This document shows positions 37,049 to 47,824 of a DNA stretch of 64,000 bases, in pieces. The DNA is from Longimicrobiales bacterium (GTDB lineage: Bacteria > Gemmatimonadota > Gemmatimonadetes > Longimicrobiales > Gaopeijiaceae). The notes under the pieces are model-generated. The model was not told where the DNA came from and did not search any database. It saw only the letters and a program-made list of their open reading frames with translations. Position 1 is the stretch's first letter. Each line of letters begins with the position of its first letter. The stretch lies in assembly GCA_965249725.1 (NCBI GenBank), contig CBDFMQ010000002.1, forward strand, positions 736,001-800,000, read 5' to 3'. The position numbers were made by a program, and so were the translations under genes.

Positions 37049-38515
37049 ATGACGATACGCGTACGGTTTCCTCCCTCTCCAACTGGATATCTCCACGTCG
37101 GTGGGGCGCGCACAGCCTTGTTCAACTGGCTGTTTGCGCGGCGACAGGCAGGGGTCCTGGTGCTCCGCATCGAGGACACCGATAGAGATCGGTCCAAGCC
37201 CGAGCACACCGAGGCAATCCTACATGCGCTCCGGTGGCTCGGGTTGGACTGGGATGAAGGTCCGTACTACCAGAGCGACGGAGTCGAGCGGCACCGGCAG
37301 GATGCGCTCGCTTTGCTGGCATCCGGGAAGGCGTACCGAGACTTCACGACCCCGGAGGAGCTGGCTCGAGAGAGAGAGGCGGCCAAGGGCGGGGCCTCGG
37401 ACCGGCGCGGGCCCCGAAGGCGTGCGGAGGCGTTGAGTTCCAGTGACGCCGATGAGCTTGCTGCCACGGGGGCTCCCCATGCGGTGCGCTTTCGTGTGCC
37501 GGACGGAGTGACCGTGTGGGAGGACATGGTGCACGGTGAAATGTCCTTTCAGAACAGGGATATCGACGATCTGGTCATCCTGCGCAGCGACGGGAGCCCC
37601 ACGTACAATCTCGCCGTGGCCTCGGACGATGCAGACCAGCGGATCAGCCACGTCATCCGGGGCGATGACCACCTCTCGAACACGCCGAAACAGATTCTGA
37701 CCTATGAGGCGATGGGCTGGCCCGTGCCGATTTTCGGCCATGTTCCCATGATTCTGGGCTCCGACGGCAAGAGGCTCTCGAAACGCCATGGGGCTACAGC
37801 AGTGGGGGAGTACGAGCAGGAAGGCTTCCTTGCCAAGTCCATCGTCAACTTCCTGGCGCTGTTGGGTTGGAATCCCGGGGACGAACAGGAGGTGATGACC
37901 GTAGTGGAGCTCATCGCTCGCTTCTCGATGGACCGGGTCCTCAAGAAGAGCGCTGTTTTCGACCCAAAGAAGCTGGACTGGCTCTCCGGACAGCACTTCA
38001 ACGCCAGCACGGCCGTTGAGCTGGAACCCTATCTCACCGAGGGGTTGGAGGCCGCGGGCCTGGCCACTCGAGCCGAACTCGAGGAACGCTGGGACTGGTA
38101 CCTGCGCCTCATCGATCTCCTGAAAACGCGGGCGCGCCGCGTCTCGGATCTCGTCGGCCTGGCACGTCCGTTCCTATCGGAAAAGGTAGAACTGGACCCT
38201 GACGCGGTCCGAAAACACTGGCTCAAGTCACCTGAGGAGGCCTCGGAGCGCCTGAGGAGCCTACGACAGCGGTTGTCGGACACGTCGTGGGAACTCGAGG
38301 CCATGGAAAAGGCCGTAAGGGGTTATGCAGAAGAGACTTCCGTCGGTGCAGGTAAGGTGATTCACCCGCTTCGAGTGGCCGTTACGGGTCGCGCGGCGAG
38401 CCCCGGGATCTTCGAAGTTCTCGATTTCTTAGGCAGGGAGCGGGTTCTGGCCCGCTTGGATGAAGCGATCGAGCGTCTGGAAGCCCCGGAGACGCTGCCG
38501 TCGGGCCCGGAATAG
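37049..38515 (+). CDS. gltX: Glutamate--tRNA ligase
   Basis: RFPPSPTGYLHVGG, LRIEDTD, RLSKRH. Confidence 0.97.
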   Translation: MTIRVRFPPSPTGYLHVGGARTALFNWLFARRQAGVLVLRIEDTDRDRSKPEHTEAILHALRWLGLDWDEGPYYQSDGVERHRQDALALLASGKAYRDFTTPEELAREREAAKGGASDRRGPRRRAEALSSSDADELAATGAPHAVRFRVPDGVTVWEDMVHGEMSFQNRDIDDLVILRSDGSPTYNLAVASDDADQRISHVIRGDDHLSNTPKQILTYEAMGWPVPIFGHVPMILGSDGKRLSKRHGATAVGEYEQEGFLAKSIVNFLALLGWNPGDEQEVMTVVELIARFSMDRVLKKSAVFDPKKLDWLSGQHFNASTAVELEPYLTEGLEAAGLATRAELEERWDWYLRLIDLLKTRARRVSDLVGLARPFLSEKVELDPDAVRKHWLKSPEEASERLRSLRQRLSDTSWELEAMEKAVRGYAEETSVGAGKVIHPLRVAVTGRAASPGIFEVLDFLGRERVLARLDEAIERLEAPETLPSGPE

Positions 38516-38593
38516 TATCATTCCTTGACTAGTCGGAATGCGGCGCATTAGGATGTCGTCACCCCGGCCCCGACAAGACCCTTTCGGTGGCGG

Positions 38594-38605
38594 GAACAGG
38601 TGTTT
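38594..38605. promoter_or_regulatory. Candidate LexA-type operator GAAC-N4-GTTT
   Basis: GAACAGGTGTTT about 55 nt upstream of the lexA-like ATG, abutting TATTCT. Confidence 0.4.
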
Positions 38606-38659
38606 ATTCTCTACGTAGGCGTCCGCCAAGGACGGTATCCAAGAATATCGGAGTACGGG

Positions 38660-39313
38660 ATGGAGCAGAGCATCACAGAGATCGAGCGCAAGATCCTCGA
38701 CTTCATGGTGCACTATCTCCGTACCAACACCTACCAGCCCTCCATCCGGGAGATCGGCGAACGGTTCGGTATCAAGAGCACCAAGACCGTCTCCGAACAT
38801 CTTCAGGCCCTCGCCGACAAGGGGTTCCTCGAGCGGGATCCCTCCCGGTCACGCGGCGTGAAGATTCTGGGTGTGGATCTCAGCGCTCAGACGGTTTCTG
38901 TTCCGTGCTATCACGAACTCCCGCAAGATCGGGTGGGCCTGAGGACCGAACAGGCCGAGATGCACCTCACCATGGACCGGCGTCTCGCCGGGGCGAAGGG
39001 ATCATTCTTCGTACGTGCCCAGGGAGAGGAATTCGCATCGCTCGGGATCCTCGAGGGTGACTATCTGCTCGTGGAGCCGGTCGCGGTCGAAGAGCTCGCG
39101 GACGACGCCATCGTGGTCGCGCGGGTCGAGGGTGGACCGTCGTTCTACGAGTTCTCGAGGAATGGGCGCGGTGTCTTCCTCACGCCGGTGCGCGGAGGGG
39201 AGCCGGCGACTGCGGTGGAGGATCCCTCCCGGCTCCAGCTGATTGGACGCGTCGTGGCCCTTTACCGGCGCCTGGACGACGCCACCATCCTGGTCAGCAC
39301 CACGGCCCACTAG
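38660..39313 (+). CDS. LexA-like repressor with degenerate peptidase domain
   Basis: wHTH PSIREIG..FGIKS..HLQAL..KGFLER..SRG; S24-like GILEGD but no AG site, Ser or Lys. Confidence 0.88.
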   Translation: MEQSITEIERKILDFMVHYLRTNTYQPSIREIGERFGIKSTKTVSEHLQALADKGFLERDPSRSRGVKILGVDLSAQTVSVPCYHELPQDRVGLRTEQAEMHLTMDRRLAGAKGSFFVRAQGEEFASLGILEGDYLLVEPVAVEELADDAIVVARVEGGPSFYEFSRNGRGVFLTPVRGGEPATAVEDPSRLQLIGRVVALYRRLDDATILVSTTAH

Positions 39314-39390
39314 AGGATGTGTCCTCCGGGGGTTCTCCCTGGACATCACCTTCCGGTAGTCTAGCATTGAGCGCCTTCACGTCTTCCTCC

Positions 39391-39864
39391 GTGGTCAACT
39401 GGACCCCGCCGGAGTCCTCCGATTCCATGTGGATGGCCCGGGCCTTGGAGATGGCCAAAGTGGCCGGCGCGCAGGAAGAGGTCCCGGTGGGCGCCGTGCT
39501 CACCTGGCAGGGGCGCCTCTTGGCCGAGGGGCACAACCTGACCGTTACCGCGAAGGACCCTACGGGGCATGCCGAGGTCGTGGTGCTCCGCGAAGCCGCG
39601 CGACGCCTCGGTGACTGGAGGCTCCTCGAGTGCACTCTCTACGTGACGTTGGAGCCGTGTGCCATGTGTGCGGGCGCCCTGGTCTTGTCGCGCCTTCCAC
39701 GGCTGGTATACGGAGCTTCGGACCCGAAGGCCGGCATGGTGGGGAGCCTCGAGAATCTGGTCCAAGACGAGCGACTGAATCACGCGATGACGGTCACGGG
39801 TGGGGTCCTGGCCGATGCGTGTGGGATGTTGTTGAAGGACTTTTTCCGTGCCCGCCGCGGATAG
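39391..39864 (+). CDS. tadA: tRNA adenosine(34) deaminase (start uncertain)
   Basis: EVPVGAV, HAE, TLEPCAMC, FF..RR. Confidence 0.95.
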   Translation: MVNWTPPESSDSMWMARALEMAKVAGAQEEVPVGAVLTWQGRLLAEGHNLTVTAKDPTGHAEVVVLREAARRLGDWRLLECTLYVTLEPCAMCAGALVLSRLPRLVYGASDPKAGMVGSLENLVQDERLNHAMTVTGGVLADACGMLLKDFFRARRG

Positions 39865-39871
39865 CGGTCGC

Positions 39872-41185
39872 ATGAGGGGGCTCCGAACGATTGGAGCCTT
39901 GGCCGTAGCCATCCTACTGGGCGGTGGCTGCCAAACGGTAGGATCGACGGGGGGCAGGGCAGACCCACCCGGTCCCCGTGGGGCTCCGGCCCGTCGGGAT
40001 GAGGCCCCGGCGAGGCCTCCGTTGTCGTCGAACGCCGTGCCGGCGAAGCGAGGCCTCTGGGTCGTGAGGACTACTTTGGGACACCCCGACTCGGTGCGAA
40101 CCATGGTGAGCCGCGCGGCCGATGCCGGCTTCAACACGCTGCTCGTCCAGGTGAGGGGCAGGGGGGACAGCTACTACTCGGGTGGAATCGAACCGCGAGC
40201 CGACGCTCTGCGCCGCCAGCCCGAGTTCGATCCTCTGGCGTTGACCCTCGAGGAGGCGCACCGCAGGGGGCTCGAGGTGCACGCGTGGATGAACGTCCAT
40301 CTGGTCTCGAACGCGTCGCGCCTGCCCACCGACCGCGAGCACCTGGTACACGCCAGGCCCGACCTTCTGGCCGTGCCGCGGGACCTTGCGGGCGAGTTGC
40401 ACTCCATGGCCCCGGAGCGATCGGAGTACCTCGAGCGTTTGCGGCGGCATGCGGATGAGAACCGGAACCGAGTGGAAGGGCTCTATTCGAGCCCGTCCCA
40501 TCCCGTGGTCAAGGAACGGGTCTATTCGGTCGCAATGGACCTGGTGGACCGCTATGACGTCGACGGGATTCACCTGGACTACGTACGCTACCCCAGCGAC
40601 GACTACGACTATTCCCGGGCGGCGCTCACGCGTTTCGATTCATGGGTCGGAGAGAGGGTATCGCCCGCCCGTCGCGTACAGCTGGATGAGGCATTGGCGA
40701 CCGACCCTCTGGCCTATGCCGACGCCCTTCCCGGGCCGTGGTCCGAGTTTCGGCGGACGCATATCACGGATCTGGTCGCTCGTATCTACACCGGGGTGAA
40801 ACGGCGGCGACCCGGGGTGGTGGTATCGGCAGCGGTCTTTCCCGATGCCCGGGATTCGTTCACGCAACGACATCAGGACTGGGAGGGCTGGCTGCGCGCG
40901 GGCATCATCGACGCGGTGGCTCCCATGGCCTATACGGCTGACGACGCACGATACGAGGAGCTCATCGAGCACGTCGTGAGCGTGGGCGGAGCGGAGCGTG
41001 TGTGGGCCGGTATCGGAACTCACGTGGCCACGTACGAGGGCACCGTAGACATGATCGGCACAGCCCGTCGGATGGGGGTACGAGGCGTCATGCTCTTCTC
41101 ATACGATTGGGCCGTGTCTTCCGGGGAAGACTCCGGGGACGTGCCGTTCCTACACCGTGTCGGCGAGGCCGGCTTCGGGCGCTAG
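39872..41185 (+). CDS. GHL10/YddW(DigH)-like glycoside hydrolase lipoprotein
   Basis: LGGGC lipobox, QVRGRGD, EVHAW, DGIHLDYVRY, QDW..W, PMAY. Confidence 0.88.
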   Translation: MRGLRTIGALAVAILLGGGCQTVGSTGGRADPPGPRGAPARRDEAPARPPLSSNAVPAKRGLWVVRTTLGHPDSVRTMVSRAADAGFNTLLVQVRGRGDSYYSGGIEPRADALRRQPEFDPLALTLEEAHRRGLEVHAWMNVHLVSNASRLPTDREHLVHARPDLLAVPRDLAGELHSMAPERSEYLERLRRHADENRNRVEGLYSSPSHPVVKERVYSVAMDLVDRYDVDGIHLDYVRYPSDDYDYSRAALTRFDSWVGERVSPARRVQLDEALATDPLAYADALPGPWSEFRRTHITDLVARIYTGVKRRRPGVVVSAAVFPDARDSFTQRHQDWEGWLRAGIIDAVAPMAYTADDARYEELIEHVVSVGGAERVWAGIGTHVATYEGTVDMIGTARRMGVRGVMLFSYDWAVSSGEDSGDVPFLHRVGEAGFGR

Positions 41186-43131
41186 GCCGCCCCCAGGTCT
41201 TCCCGGCTCACTGAGGTGCCCAATAGCCTCAAGATGGTGACCATCACGATTACGCCCAGGAGGAGCGCCACCCACACGGGTAGTCCAAGGGCCGTGCCAA
41301 GATCGCCAAGCACCATCCCTAGGCCGGCGACCATGAACGCGTAGGGCAGCTGGGTCCTCACGTGGTCGACGTGGTCACACGCGGCGGCCGTCGAACTCAG
41401 CACCGTAGTGTCGGAAATCGGAGAGCAGTGGTCCCCGAAAATGGCGCCCGCCAGCACCGAGCTGATGGCACCGAGCAGGATCGAATACTCCCCGGCTACC
41501 ATGAAGCCCTCGCCCCCACCAAGGCTTACCGTGAGTGGAATCACGAGAGGAATCAGGATGGCCATCGTGGCCCATGACGTGCCGGTGGCGAACGCCATGG
41601 CTGCGGCCGTGAGGAACACGAGGGCCGGCACGACCTCGATCGGGAGCGCGTCGCTCAGAATCTGGGCCAGGTACTGTGCGGTCCCGAGGTCGTTCGTCAC
41701 CTGACCGAGCGACCAGGCCATGACGAGGATGATCATCGCGATCAGCATGGCCTTCATCCCTCCGAGCCAAGCGTCCAGTGATTCCTTGACGGACAGGATG
41801 CGCTGAACGACCGAAAGACAGATGGCCATCAAACATCCCGCGAAGGAGCCCCACAGCAGGGTCGCAAACGGATCTGCTGCTCCGAAGATGTCCATGAGTG
41901 AAGCGTCCGCTCCGACTGAGGCGCGGCCCGTGGTATAGAGCCCGATCAGTACGACGAAGATCACGGTCAGCACGGGGATCGCGGCATTGTACCAACGGGG
42001 CACCGCACCCTCGGCTGGTGCCAGGAGCGTGTCGGAGGTGTCCAGAGTCAGCTGGGCACCAGGGCGGTGCAGGCCCTCCCCTCGGGCCGCCCGACCCTCC
42101 GCTGCGGCCATCGGCCCGAAGTCACGATCCATGACTGACGTGATGAACACGAAGGCGAGTGCCAGGAGGGGATAAAAGAGGTACGGGATGGTGGCGACGA
42201 AGACCGCGAAGGGGCTTACGGACGAGAGAGTCTCAACCAGAGCCGGATCTGTACCGGGCTGCGCCGCGGCGATCCTCATTCCGTCGGCGATGAGGGAAAT
42301 CTCGTAACCCACCCAGGTCGAAATGGGGACCAACGCCGCGACGGGTGCGGCCGTGGAGTCGACGATGTAGGCGAGCTTCTCCCTGGAGATGCTCAGGCGG
42401 TCCGTGATGGGCCGCATGGTGTTCCCGACGATGAGCGTGTTGGCGTAGTCGTCGAAGAAGATGGCCAGCCCCGCGAGCCACGTGGCGATCTTCCCGCGCC
42501 GGCTCGTGCTGGCGAACGGGCTGACGGCATCCACGATTCCCTGCGTGCCCCCGTTTCGTGCAACGATTCCGACGAGTCCTCCCAAGAGGAGCGAGAAGAC
42601 CACGATCTGGGTGTGGCCACCGTCACTGTCGGCGAGGGCGGGGACGGCGTAGGTGTCGATCGTCCGCCAAAGGGCCGAGAGGGGGTTGTACCCGGCCACG
42701 GCCAACGCTCCGAGCCAGATTCCCGCGAAGAGGGCCGTAATCACCTCTTTGAAAATCAGGGCCAGCAGGATGGCGACTATGGGCGGCACCAGCGAGAACC
42801 ATCCCGGCGCGAAGGGTGGACGCACCTCGTGCGTGGTATCGCCGATGAGGACCATGAGGGGGAGCGCGTCTCTTCCCGGAACGATCAGATCGGGCACCGT
42901 CGCGGTTTCTCCACGGGCGACGGTTCCGGAGCCCAACAGCGTGTTGGCCGAATTCCGTACCTCGTACCAGAGGGAGGCATCGTCTCCGCCGGTGACGTCC
43001 AGTGTGAACGGGACTCCGCCCAGGACCACCTTGGGGGCGCTGCTCACTTCCTGAGCGATGACGGCTCGCGGCGCGAGCACGGCGAAGGCAATCGCCAGGA
43101 GGAAGAAGCGGGAGATGAAGCTCAGACGCAT
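41182..43131 (-). CDS. NhaC-family Na+/H+ antiporter
   Basis: FFDDYAN, DSTAAP, FATGTSW, GDHCSPISDTT, HVRTQLPY. Confidence 0.93.
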   Translation of the reverse strand: MRLSFISRFFLLAIAFAVLAPRAVIAQEVSSAPKVVLGGVPFTLDVTGGDDASLWYEVRNSANTLLGSGTVARGETATVPDLIVPGRDALPLMVLIGDTTHEVRPPFAPGWFSLVPPIVAILLALIFKEVITALFAGIWLGALAVAGYNPLSALWRTIDTYAVPALADSDGGHTQIVVFSLLLGGLVGIVARNGGTQGIVDAVSPFASTSRRGKIATWLAGLAIFFDDYANTLIVGNTMRPITDRLSISREKLAYIVDSTAAPVAALVPISTWVGYEISLIADGMRIAAAQPGTDPALVETLSSVSPFAVFVATIPYLFYPLLALAFVFITSVMDRDFGPMAAAEGRAARGEGLHRPGAQLTLDTSDTLLAPAEGAVPRWYNAAIPVLTVIFVVLIGLYTTGRASVGADASLMDIFGAADPFATLLWGSFAGCLMAICLSVVQRILSVKESLDAWLGGMKAMLIAMIILVMAWSLGQVTNDLGTAQYLAQILSDALPIEVVPALVFLTAAAMAFATGTSWATMAILIPLVIPLTVSLGGGEGFMVAGEYSILLGAISSVLAGAIFGDHCSPISDTTVLSSTAAACDHVDHVRTQLPYAFMVAGLGMVLGDLGTALGLPVWVALLLGVIVMVTILRLLGTSVSREDLGAA

Positions 43132-43345
43132 GGGGGCCCTTTCTGCGGGTGCCGGGTTCGGTCAAACGGGGTTCATGATGCCGGGCCGCCGTTCCCTTGT
43201 AAAGCAATGAGACCTTGTCTACCTTCTGGCGCCCTGGACGTGCATTACGAACCCCGGGGGCCGGCTCCACCGGGGATCGGCCTTCGGGGTTTGCTGCAAA
43301 CAGGATTCGGGTCTACGACAGGAGTAAGCACTGCACGTCTCGATC

Positions 43346-43879
43346 ATGGACGAACAGGCGTTTCGACGGGCCGTAGCACGGATGGCACGCGAGCTCGTCG
43401 AGCAAAATGAGGGGCCCAGTGACCTTGCTCTACTGGGAATCCAGCGCCGTGGTGTCCAGATCGCCCACCTCATCCAGACGGAAGTCGAGCGAGCCGAGGG
43501 TGTCGCGCTCCCGGTCGGCACCCTGGACATCACGCTCTACCGTGATGACCTGATGGCCATCGGACCGCGACCGGTGGTGGGTGAGTCGGTGCTTCCTCCC
43601 GGGGGTGTCGACGAACGAGCGGTCGTGCTCGTGGACGACGTGTTGTTCACGGGGCGTACCATCCGGGCGGCGCTGAACGAACTCATGGACTGGGGGCGGC
43701 CCTCGAGAGTGTTCCTCTGTGTGCTGATCGATCGAGGGGGACGCGAAATCCCGATTCAGCCGGATGTGGTGGGACGCGCGCTGACGGTGCTCCCGAACCA
43801 GAAGGTAGACGTGAGCGTGCCCGAACTGGACGGTAAGCTCGCGGTGGAGATCTCGACCGTTGAGTCGGAGGCGACATGA
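43346..43879 (+). CDS. pyrR: PyrR regulator/uracil phosphoribosyltransferase
   Basis: [20 protein letters not shown]. Confidence 0.96.
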   Translation: MDEQAFRRAVARMARELVEQNEGPSDLALLGIQRRGVQIAHLIQTEVERAEGVALPVGTLDITLYRDDLMAIGPRPVVGESVLPPGGVDERAVVLVDDVLFTGRTIRAALNELMDWGRPSRVFLCVLIDRGGREIPIQPDVVGRALTVLPNQKVDVSVPELDGKLAVEISTVESEAT

Positions 43880-44847
43880 GTCGACCGGCCTCTTCCATCG
43901 GCAAGGACCTGGTCGGTCTCGAACACCTCACGGCTGAACAAATTCTCACCATTCTCGACGCCTCCGAGCCATTCAAGGAAATCTCGGAACGACGCATCAA
44001 GAAGGTCCCCGTCCTTCGCGGCAAGACGATCGTCAACCTCTTCTTCGAGCCCTCTACCCGCACCCGGGTGTCGTTCGAGTTCGCAGAAAAGCGCCTGAGC
44101 GCCGACACCGTGAACATCTCGTCGAGTGGCTCGTCGGTGGTGAAGGGTGAGACCCTGGTGGATTCGGCTCGGAATCTCGAGGCCATGCGGATCGACATGG
44201 TGGTCATGCGGCACGGCTCTTCCGGAGCGGCCAAGTTCCTGGCAGAGCGGATTCCCTCGATGGTCATCAACGCCGGCGACGGAAGCCACGAGCATCCCAC
44301 CCAGGCCCTGCTCGACATGTTGACCATTCGGGATCACCTCGGACGCATCGAGGGTCTCAAGGTCTGTATCGTCGGTGATATCCGGCACTCGAGGGTGGCT
44401 CGTTCCAACATCTACGGACTGATCAAGCTCGGTGCCGAGGTTGCCGTATGCGGCCCGCAGACATTGCTGCCGATGGGAATCGCGGATCTCGGTGTGACGG
44501 TCTTCCAGCGTATCGAAGAGGCCATCGAGTGGGCCGACGTGCTCAACGTGCTTCGGCTTCAGCTCGAACGCATGGAGGGTGGATTCATACCGAGCCTGCG
44601 CGAATACAATCAGGTCTGGGGGGTCACGAGTGCCCGGCTCGAGCGGGCGCCCAAGGAAGTCCTCATCATGCACCCTGGCCCCATGAACCGCGGCGTGGAA
44701 ATCGATAGCGACGTGGCCGATGGTCCCCACTCGGTCATTCTGGAGCAAGTGACGAATGGAGTCGCCGTTCGCATGGCCGTGCTCTATTTGCTGGCCGGCG
44801 GGGAACCCGACACGGCCGAGGCCGCCAAGGAGAGTGACGAGGTATGA
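43876..44847 (+). CDS. pyrB: Aspartate carbamoyltransferase
   Basis: [20 protein letters not shown]. Confidence 0.97.
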   Translation: MSRPASSIGKDLVGLEHLTAEQILTILDASEPFKEISERRIKKVPVLRGKTIVNLFFEPSTRTRVSFEFAEKRLSADTVNISSSGSSVVKGETLVDSARNLEAMRIDMVVMRHGSSGAAKFLAERIPSMVINAGDGSHEHPTQALLDMLTIRDHLGRIEGLKVCIVGDIRHSRVARSNIYGLIKLGAEVAVCGPQTLLPMGIADLGVTVFQRIEEAIEWADVLNVLRLQLERMEGGFIPSLREYNQVWGVTSARLERAPKEVLIMHPGPMNRGVEIDSDVADGPHSVILEQVTNGVAVRMAVLYLLAGGEPDTAEAAKESDEV

Positions 44848-46136
44848 GTGCATCGCTTCTGATTCAGGGCGGTCGGGTGGTAGACCCGAGCCAGGACCTG
44901 GATGGCACCAGAGACGTGCTCATCGTCGACGGGCGGATTGCCGCGGTCGGCGAAGGGCTCGCCGCTCCAGAGGGTGCGCAGACGATCGACGCCTCGGGGC
45001 TGCTCGTCACTCCGGGGCTCATCGATGTTCACGTGCATCTCCGGGAGCCCGGCGGTGAGCACAAGGAGACAATCGCGACGGGTGCCAAGGCCGCCGCGGC
45101 CGGTGGGTTCACGGCCATCTGCGCCATGCCCAACACCGATCCGGTGGTGGACGACCCCGCCGGGGTCGGCTTCGTCCTGGCGCAGGGGTTGGCGGCGCGG
45201 GCTTCGCGGGTCTATCCGGTCGGGGCCATTTCGCACGGACAGGAGGGTCGCCAGCTGGCGGCCATCGGCGAGATGGTAGAGGCCGGGGCGGTGGGCATTA
45301 CCGACGACGGGAATCCGGTCATGGACTCCGGACTCATGAGGCGAGCGCTGGAGTACGCGCAGGCTTTCGGCGTGCCGGTTGCCGACCATCCGGAGGACCT
45401 GGGACTCTCGGGACAGGGGGCCATGAACGAAGGTCTGGTGTCCACACGGTTGGGCCTGAGGGGAAAGCTCAACGCTTCCGAAGACGTCCACATTGTTCGC
45501 GACCTGATGTTGGCCGAACTCACCGGCGGCCACATCCACCTGCAGCACGTGTCGACTGCCGGCGGTGTGGACGCGATCCGGCAGGCCAAGGCCCGGGGCG
45601 TCCGGGTGACGGCCGAGGCATCTCCGCATCACCTGATGCTTACGGACGAGGCGGTGGAAGGGTACGACACCGATGCCAAGATGAACCCGCCCCTCCGCTC
45701 GGCCGTCGACCGAGAGGCGGTGCGGCAGGGGTTGGCCGACGGGACACTCTGTGTTCTAGCCACCGATCATGCCCCTCACCACTACGACGAGAAGGAACAG
45801 GCCTTCGACGATGCGCCCAACGGCATCGTCGGTCTGGAGACGTCCTTGGGGCTCGCCCTCACGCATGTCGTGGGCGAGGGCGTCATCGATCTGCCCAGGC
45901 TGATCGACCGTATGAGCTGCAGTCCCGCCCGCGCCTTCGGTCTCGAAGGAGGCACGTTGTCCGACGGGTCGCTCGGCGATGTCACCATCATCGATCTCGA
46001 AGAGGCGTGGACGGTGGATCGAGCGGCATTCCAGTCGAAGAGCGGCAACACGCCCTTCCACGGGTGGGATCTCAAGGGACGTGCTCGCTACACGATCGTA
46101 GACGGACAGGTGGTCTGGGGGGCTGGGGAGCTTTAG
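44844..46136 (+). CDS. pyrC: Dihydroorotase
   Basis: [24 protein letters not shown]. Confidence 0.96.
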   Translation: MSASLLIQGGRVVDPSQDLDGTRDVLIVDGRIAAVGEGLAAPEGAQTIDASGLLVTPGLIDVHVHLREPGGEHKETIATGAKAAAAGGFTAICAMPNTDPVVDDPAGVGFVLAQGLAARASRVYPVGAISHGQEGRQLAAIGEMVEAGAVGITDDGNPVMDSGLMRRALEYAQAFGVPVADHPEDLGLSGQGAMNEGLVSTRLGLRGKLNASEDVHIVRDLMLAELTGGHIHLQHVSTAGGVDAIRQAKARGVRVTAEASPHHLMLTDEAVEGYDTDAKMNPPLRSAVDREAVRQGLADGTLCVLATDHAPHHYDEKEQAFDDAPNGIVGLETSLGLALTHVVGEGVIDLPRLIDRMSCSPARAFGLEGGTLSDGSLGDVTIIDLEEAWTVDRAAFQSKSGNTPFHGWDLKGRARYTIVDGQVVWGAGEL

Positions 46137-46143
46137 TGAAGCC

Positions 46144-47085
46144 CTAGAGGGGGATTCGAAGCCCCTCGGTCGCCACTTCGAATCCACGGCGCTGAATCTC
46201 CCGCTCCTGCGGACCCCCGCGGTCCAACGCCGGATTCGTGTTGTTCAGGTGGATGAAGACCACCCGACTCTGGCTCTGCGCAACGTCCTCCAGCAGATCC
46301 ATACTGTGCGGCACCAGGGGATGGGGAATGTCCTCGATATTGCGCCCCGGTATTTCGTCGCCCGAATAGAAGCTCCCGTCGATGAGCGCGACGTCCACAC
46401 CGGCCACGACCTCTGCTACCGGTCGGTCCCACTCCTCCCACGAGTCGATGTCCGGTATGTAGAGGATTGTCTGGCGGGAACCGCGAAACATGTACCCGAC
46501 CGTATCCGAGAACTCGGGCCGATGAGGTACCGGTACCATCTGCACATCGAAGACGCCGTCGACATTGGTCCAGCGGTTTATCCCAATACGCGGAAACTCC
46601 AGGCGTCCCTCGTCGACCAGCAGGCTCCATGGGGCGTTGTCCGTGAGCATACGCTCCATGGCGGGCGAACAGTAGCAGGGCGTGGGGGCGATGCCGACGC
46701 CCTCCCTACCCAGAAGGGCGAGCCCGAGGTAGTGCCCCATGTGGCCGTGCGTCAGGAAGATGCCGTCGAACGGGTCACGGCGGTTCGCTCGTTCCCGGAA
46801 GGCCGGTTCGTCGATCAGGTCCATCTGAGGGACGAGGTTCGGTGAAGCGTCCACCAGGTAGAAACGCTCGGCCCCTGGGTCTACGATGGCCAGTGAGGCG
46901 ACGTACCGAGGGGGCTGGGTTCGTGCCTGATCACATCGTTCGCTGTAGCACCCCGCCTGAGGTAGCCCGCCGTCTTGCACGACCCCCAACACGAGCACAT
47001 AGGGCTCTGTCTGCAGGAAGAGGTCCTTCGGCGCGCCGGCCGCCACGAGAGCGGACCCCAGGAACGCCCGGCGCGACAGGTTCAT
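46144..47085 (-). CDS. PqqB-like MBL-fold hydrolase with Tat signal
   Basis: SRRAFL; VLG..QDGGLPQ..C, THGHMGH, VPHR, HLNNTN. Confidence 0.85.
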   Translation of the reverse strand: MNLSRRAFLGSALVAAGAPKDLFLQTEPYVLVLGVVQDGGLPQAGCYSERCDQARTQPPRYVASLAIVDPGAERFYLVDASPNLVPQMDLIDEPAFRERANRRDPFDGIFLTHGHMGHYLGLALLGREGVGIAPTPCYCSPAMERMLTDNAPWSLLVDEGRLEFPRIGINRWTNVDGVFDVQMVPVPHRPEFSDTVGYMFRGSRQTILYIPDIDSWEEWDRPVAEVVAGVDVALIDGSFYSGDEIPGRNIEDIPHPLVPHSMDLLEDVAQSQSRVVFIHLNNTNPALDRGGPQEREIQRRGFEVATEGLRIPL

Positions 47086-47282
47086 CGTCGGAGGGATCTA
47101 GGTCGCCGGATCATAGACCCGGTCCACCGTGAAGTTCTGCTCCATGCGTGAGTTGGAGAGCCTGGTCTACGTCCACTTCATCCCTGACCTCCTTTGGGAA
47201 TGACCATAAGGCAGACAGAACTCTCCTTCACACTAAGGTATCGTTCGCGTGTCGCAAGTGGGTGGATCCGGTCTAGGGGCAC

Positions 47283-47313
47283 AAAAAAACTCGGTCGGCG
47301 TGAGCCGACCGAG
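47283..47313 (-). terminator. Rho-independent terminator of rpsT
   Basis: CTCGGTCGGC/GCCGACCGAG stem followed by T7 on the minus strand. Confidence 0.85.
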
Positions 47314-47347
47314 CCCCGGTGCGGTGCGGACCGGTAGGCGGAATGAC

Positions 47348-47602
47348 CTAGGCCATCCCGTTTACCCTGCGTGCCAAGTTGCTCTTCATGCGGGCCACCG
47401 CGTTCGGGTGAATCAAACGACTCGTGGCGGCGCGATCGAGGAGTACTTGAACGCTCTTGTATGCGGTCTGGGCCTCTGTGGCGTCCGTCGCGTGCTGGAC
47501 TCTCTTGATCGCTGTCCGCAGGCGCGCGCGCTGGCCCCGGTTACGCTCATTGGCGACGCGGCTCAAGCCCATCCGCTTCTTGGCACTCTTAATGTTCGGC
47601 AT
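47348..47602 (-). CDS. rpsT: 30S ribosomal protein S20
   Basis: MPNIKSAKKR, IHPNAVARMKS. Confidence 0.97.
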   Translation of the reverse strand: MPNIKSAKKRMGLSRVANERNRGQRARLRTAIKRVQHATDATEAQTAYKSVQVLLDRAATSRLIHPNAVARMKSNLARRVNGMA

Positions 47603-47824
47603 GCGAATCCCTAAACCTTGGTTCTACCTTCCAAATCAGCGTGAGAGTATATCCGAAAGCGGAGGGCCGATCAAGAACCGGTCGCTGTCGGAGGCATCTC
47701 GTGCGGGACCGCTGGGACGAAGGTGGTCCTGGGTTCGGAACGGCCGGCCGAGACGCTCGGAACGGCCTCCGACGTGCGCTTCGGAGGGGTAGCCTCCATC
47801 AGGCATCGCGGGTACCTTCTCGCG

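Noticed and set aside
43240..43345. PyrR-binding attenuator before pyrR
   Set aside because: A GC hairpin exists (about 43250-43292), but there is no PyrR-loop consensus and no U-tract terminator
46144..47085. PQQ biosynthesis operon
   Set aside because: Only a Tat-signal PqqB-like MBL protein; no pqqC/D/E and no ExxxY precursor
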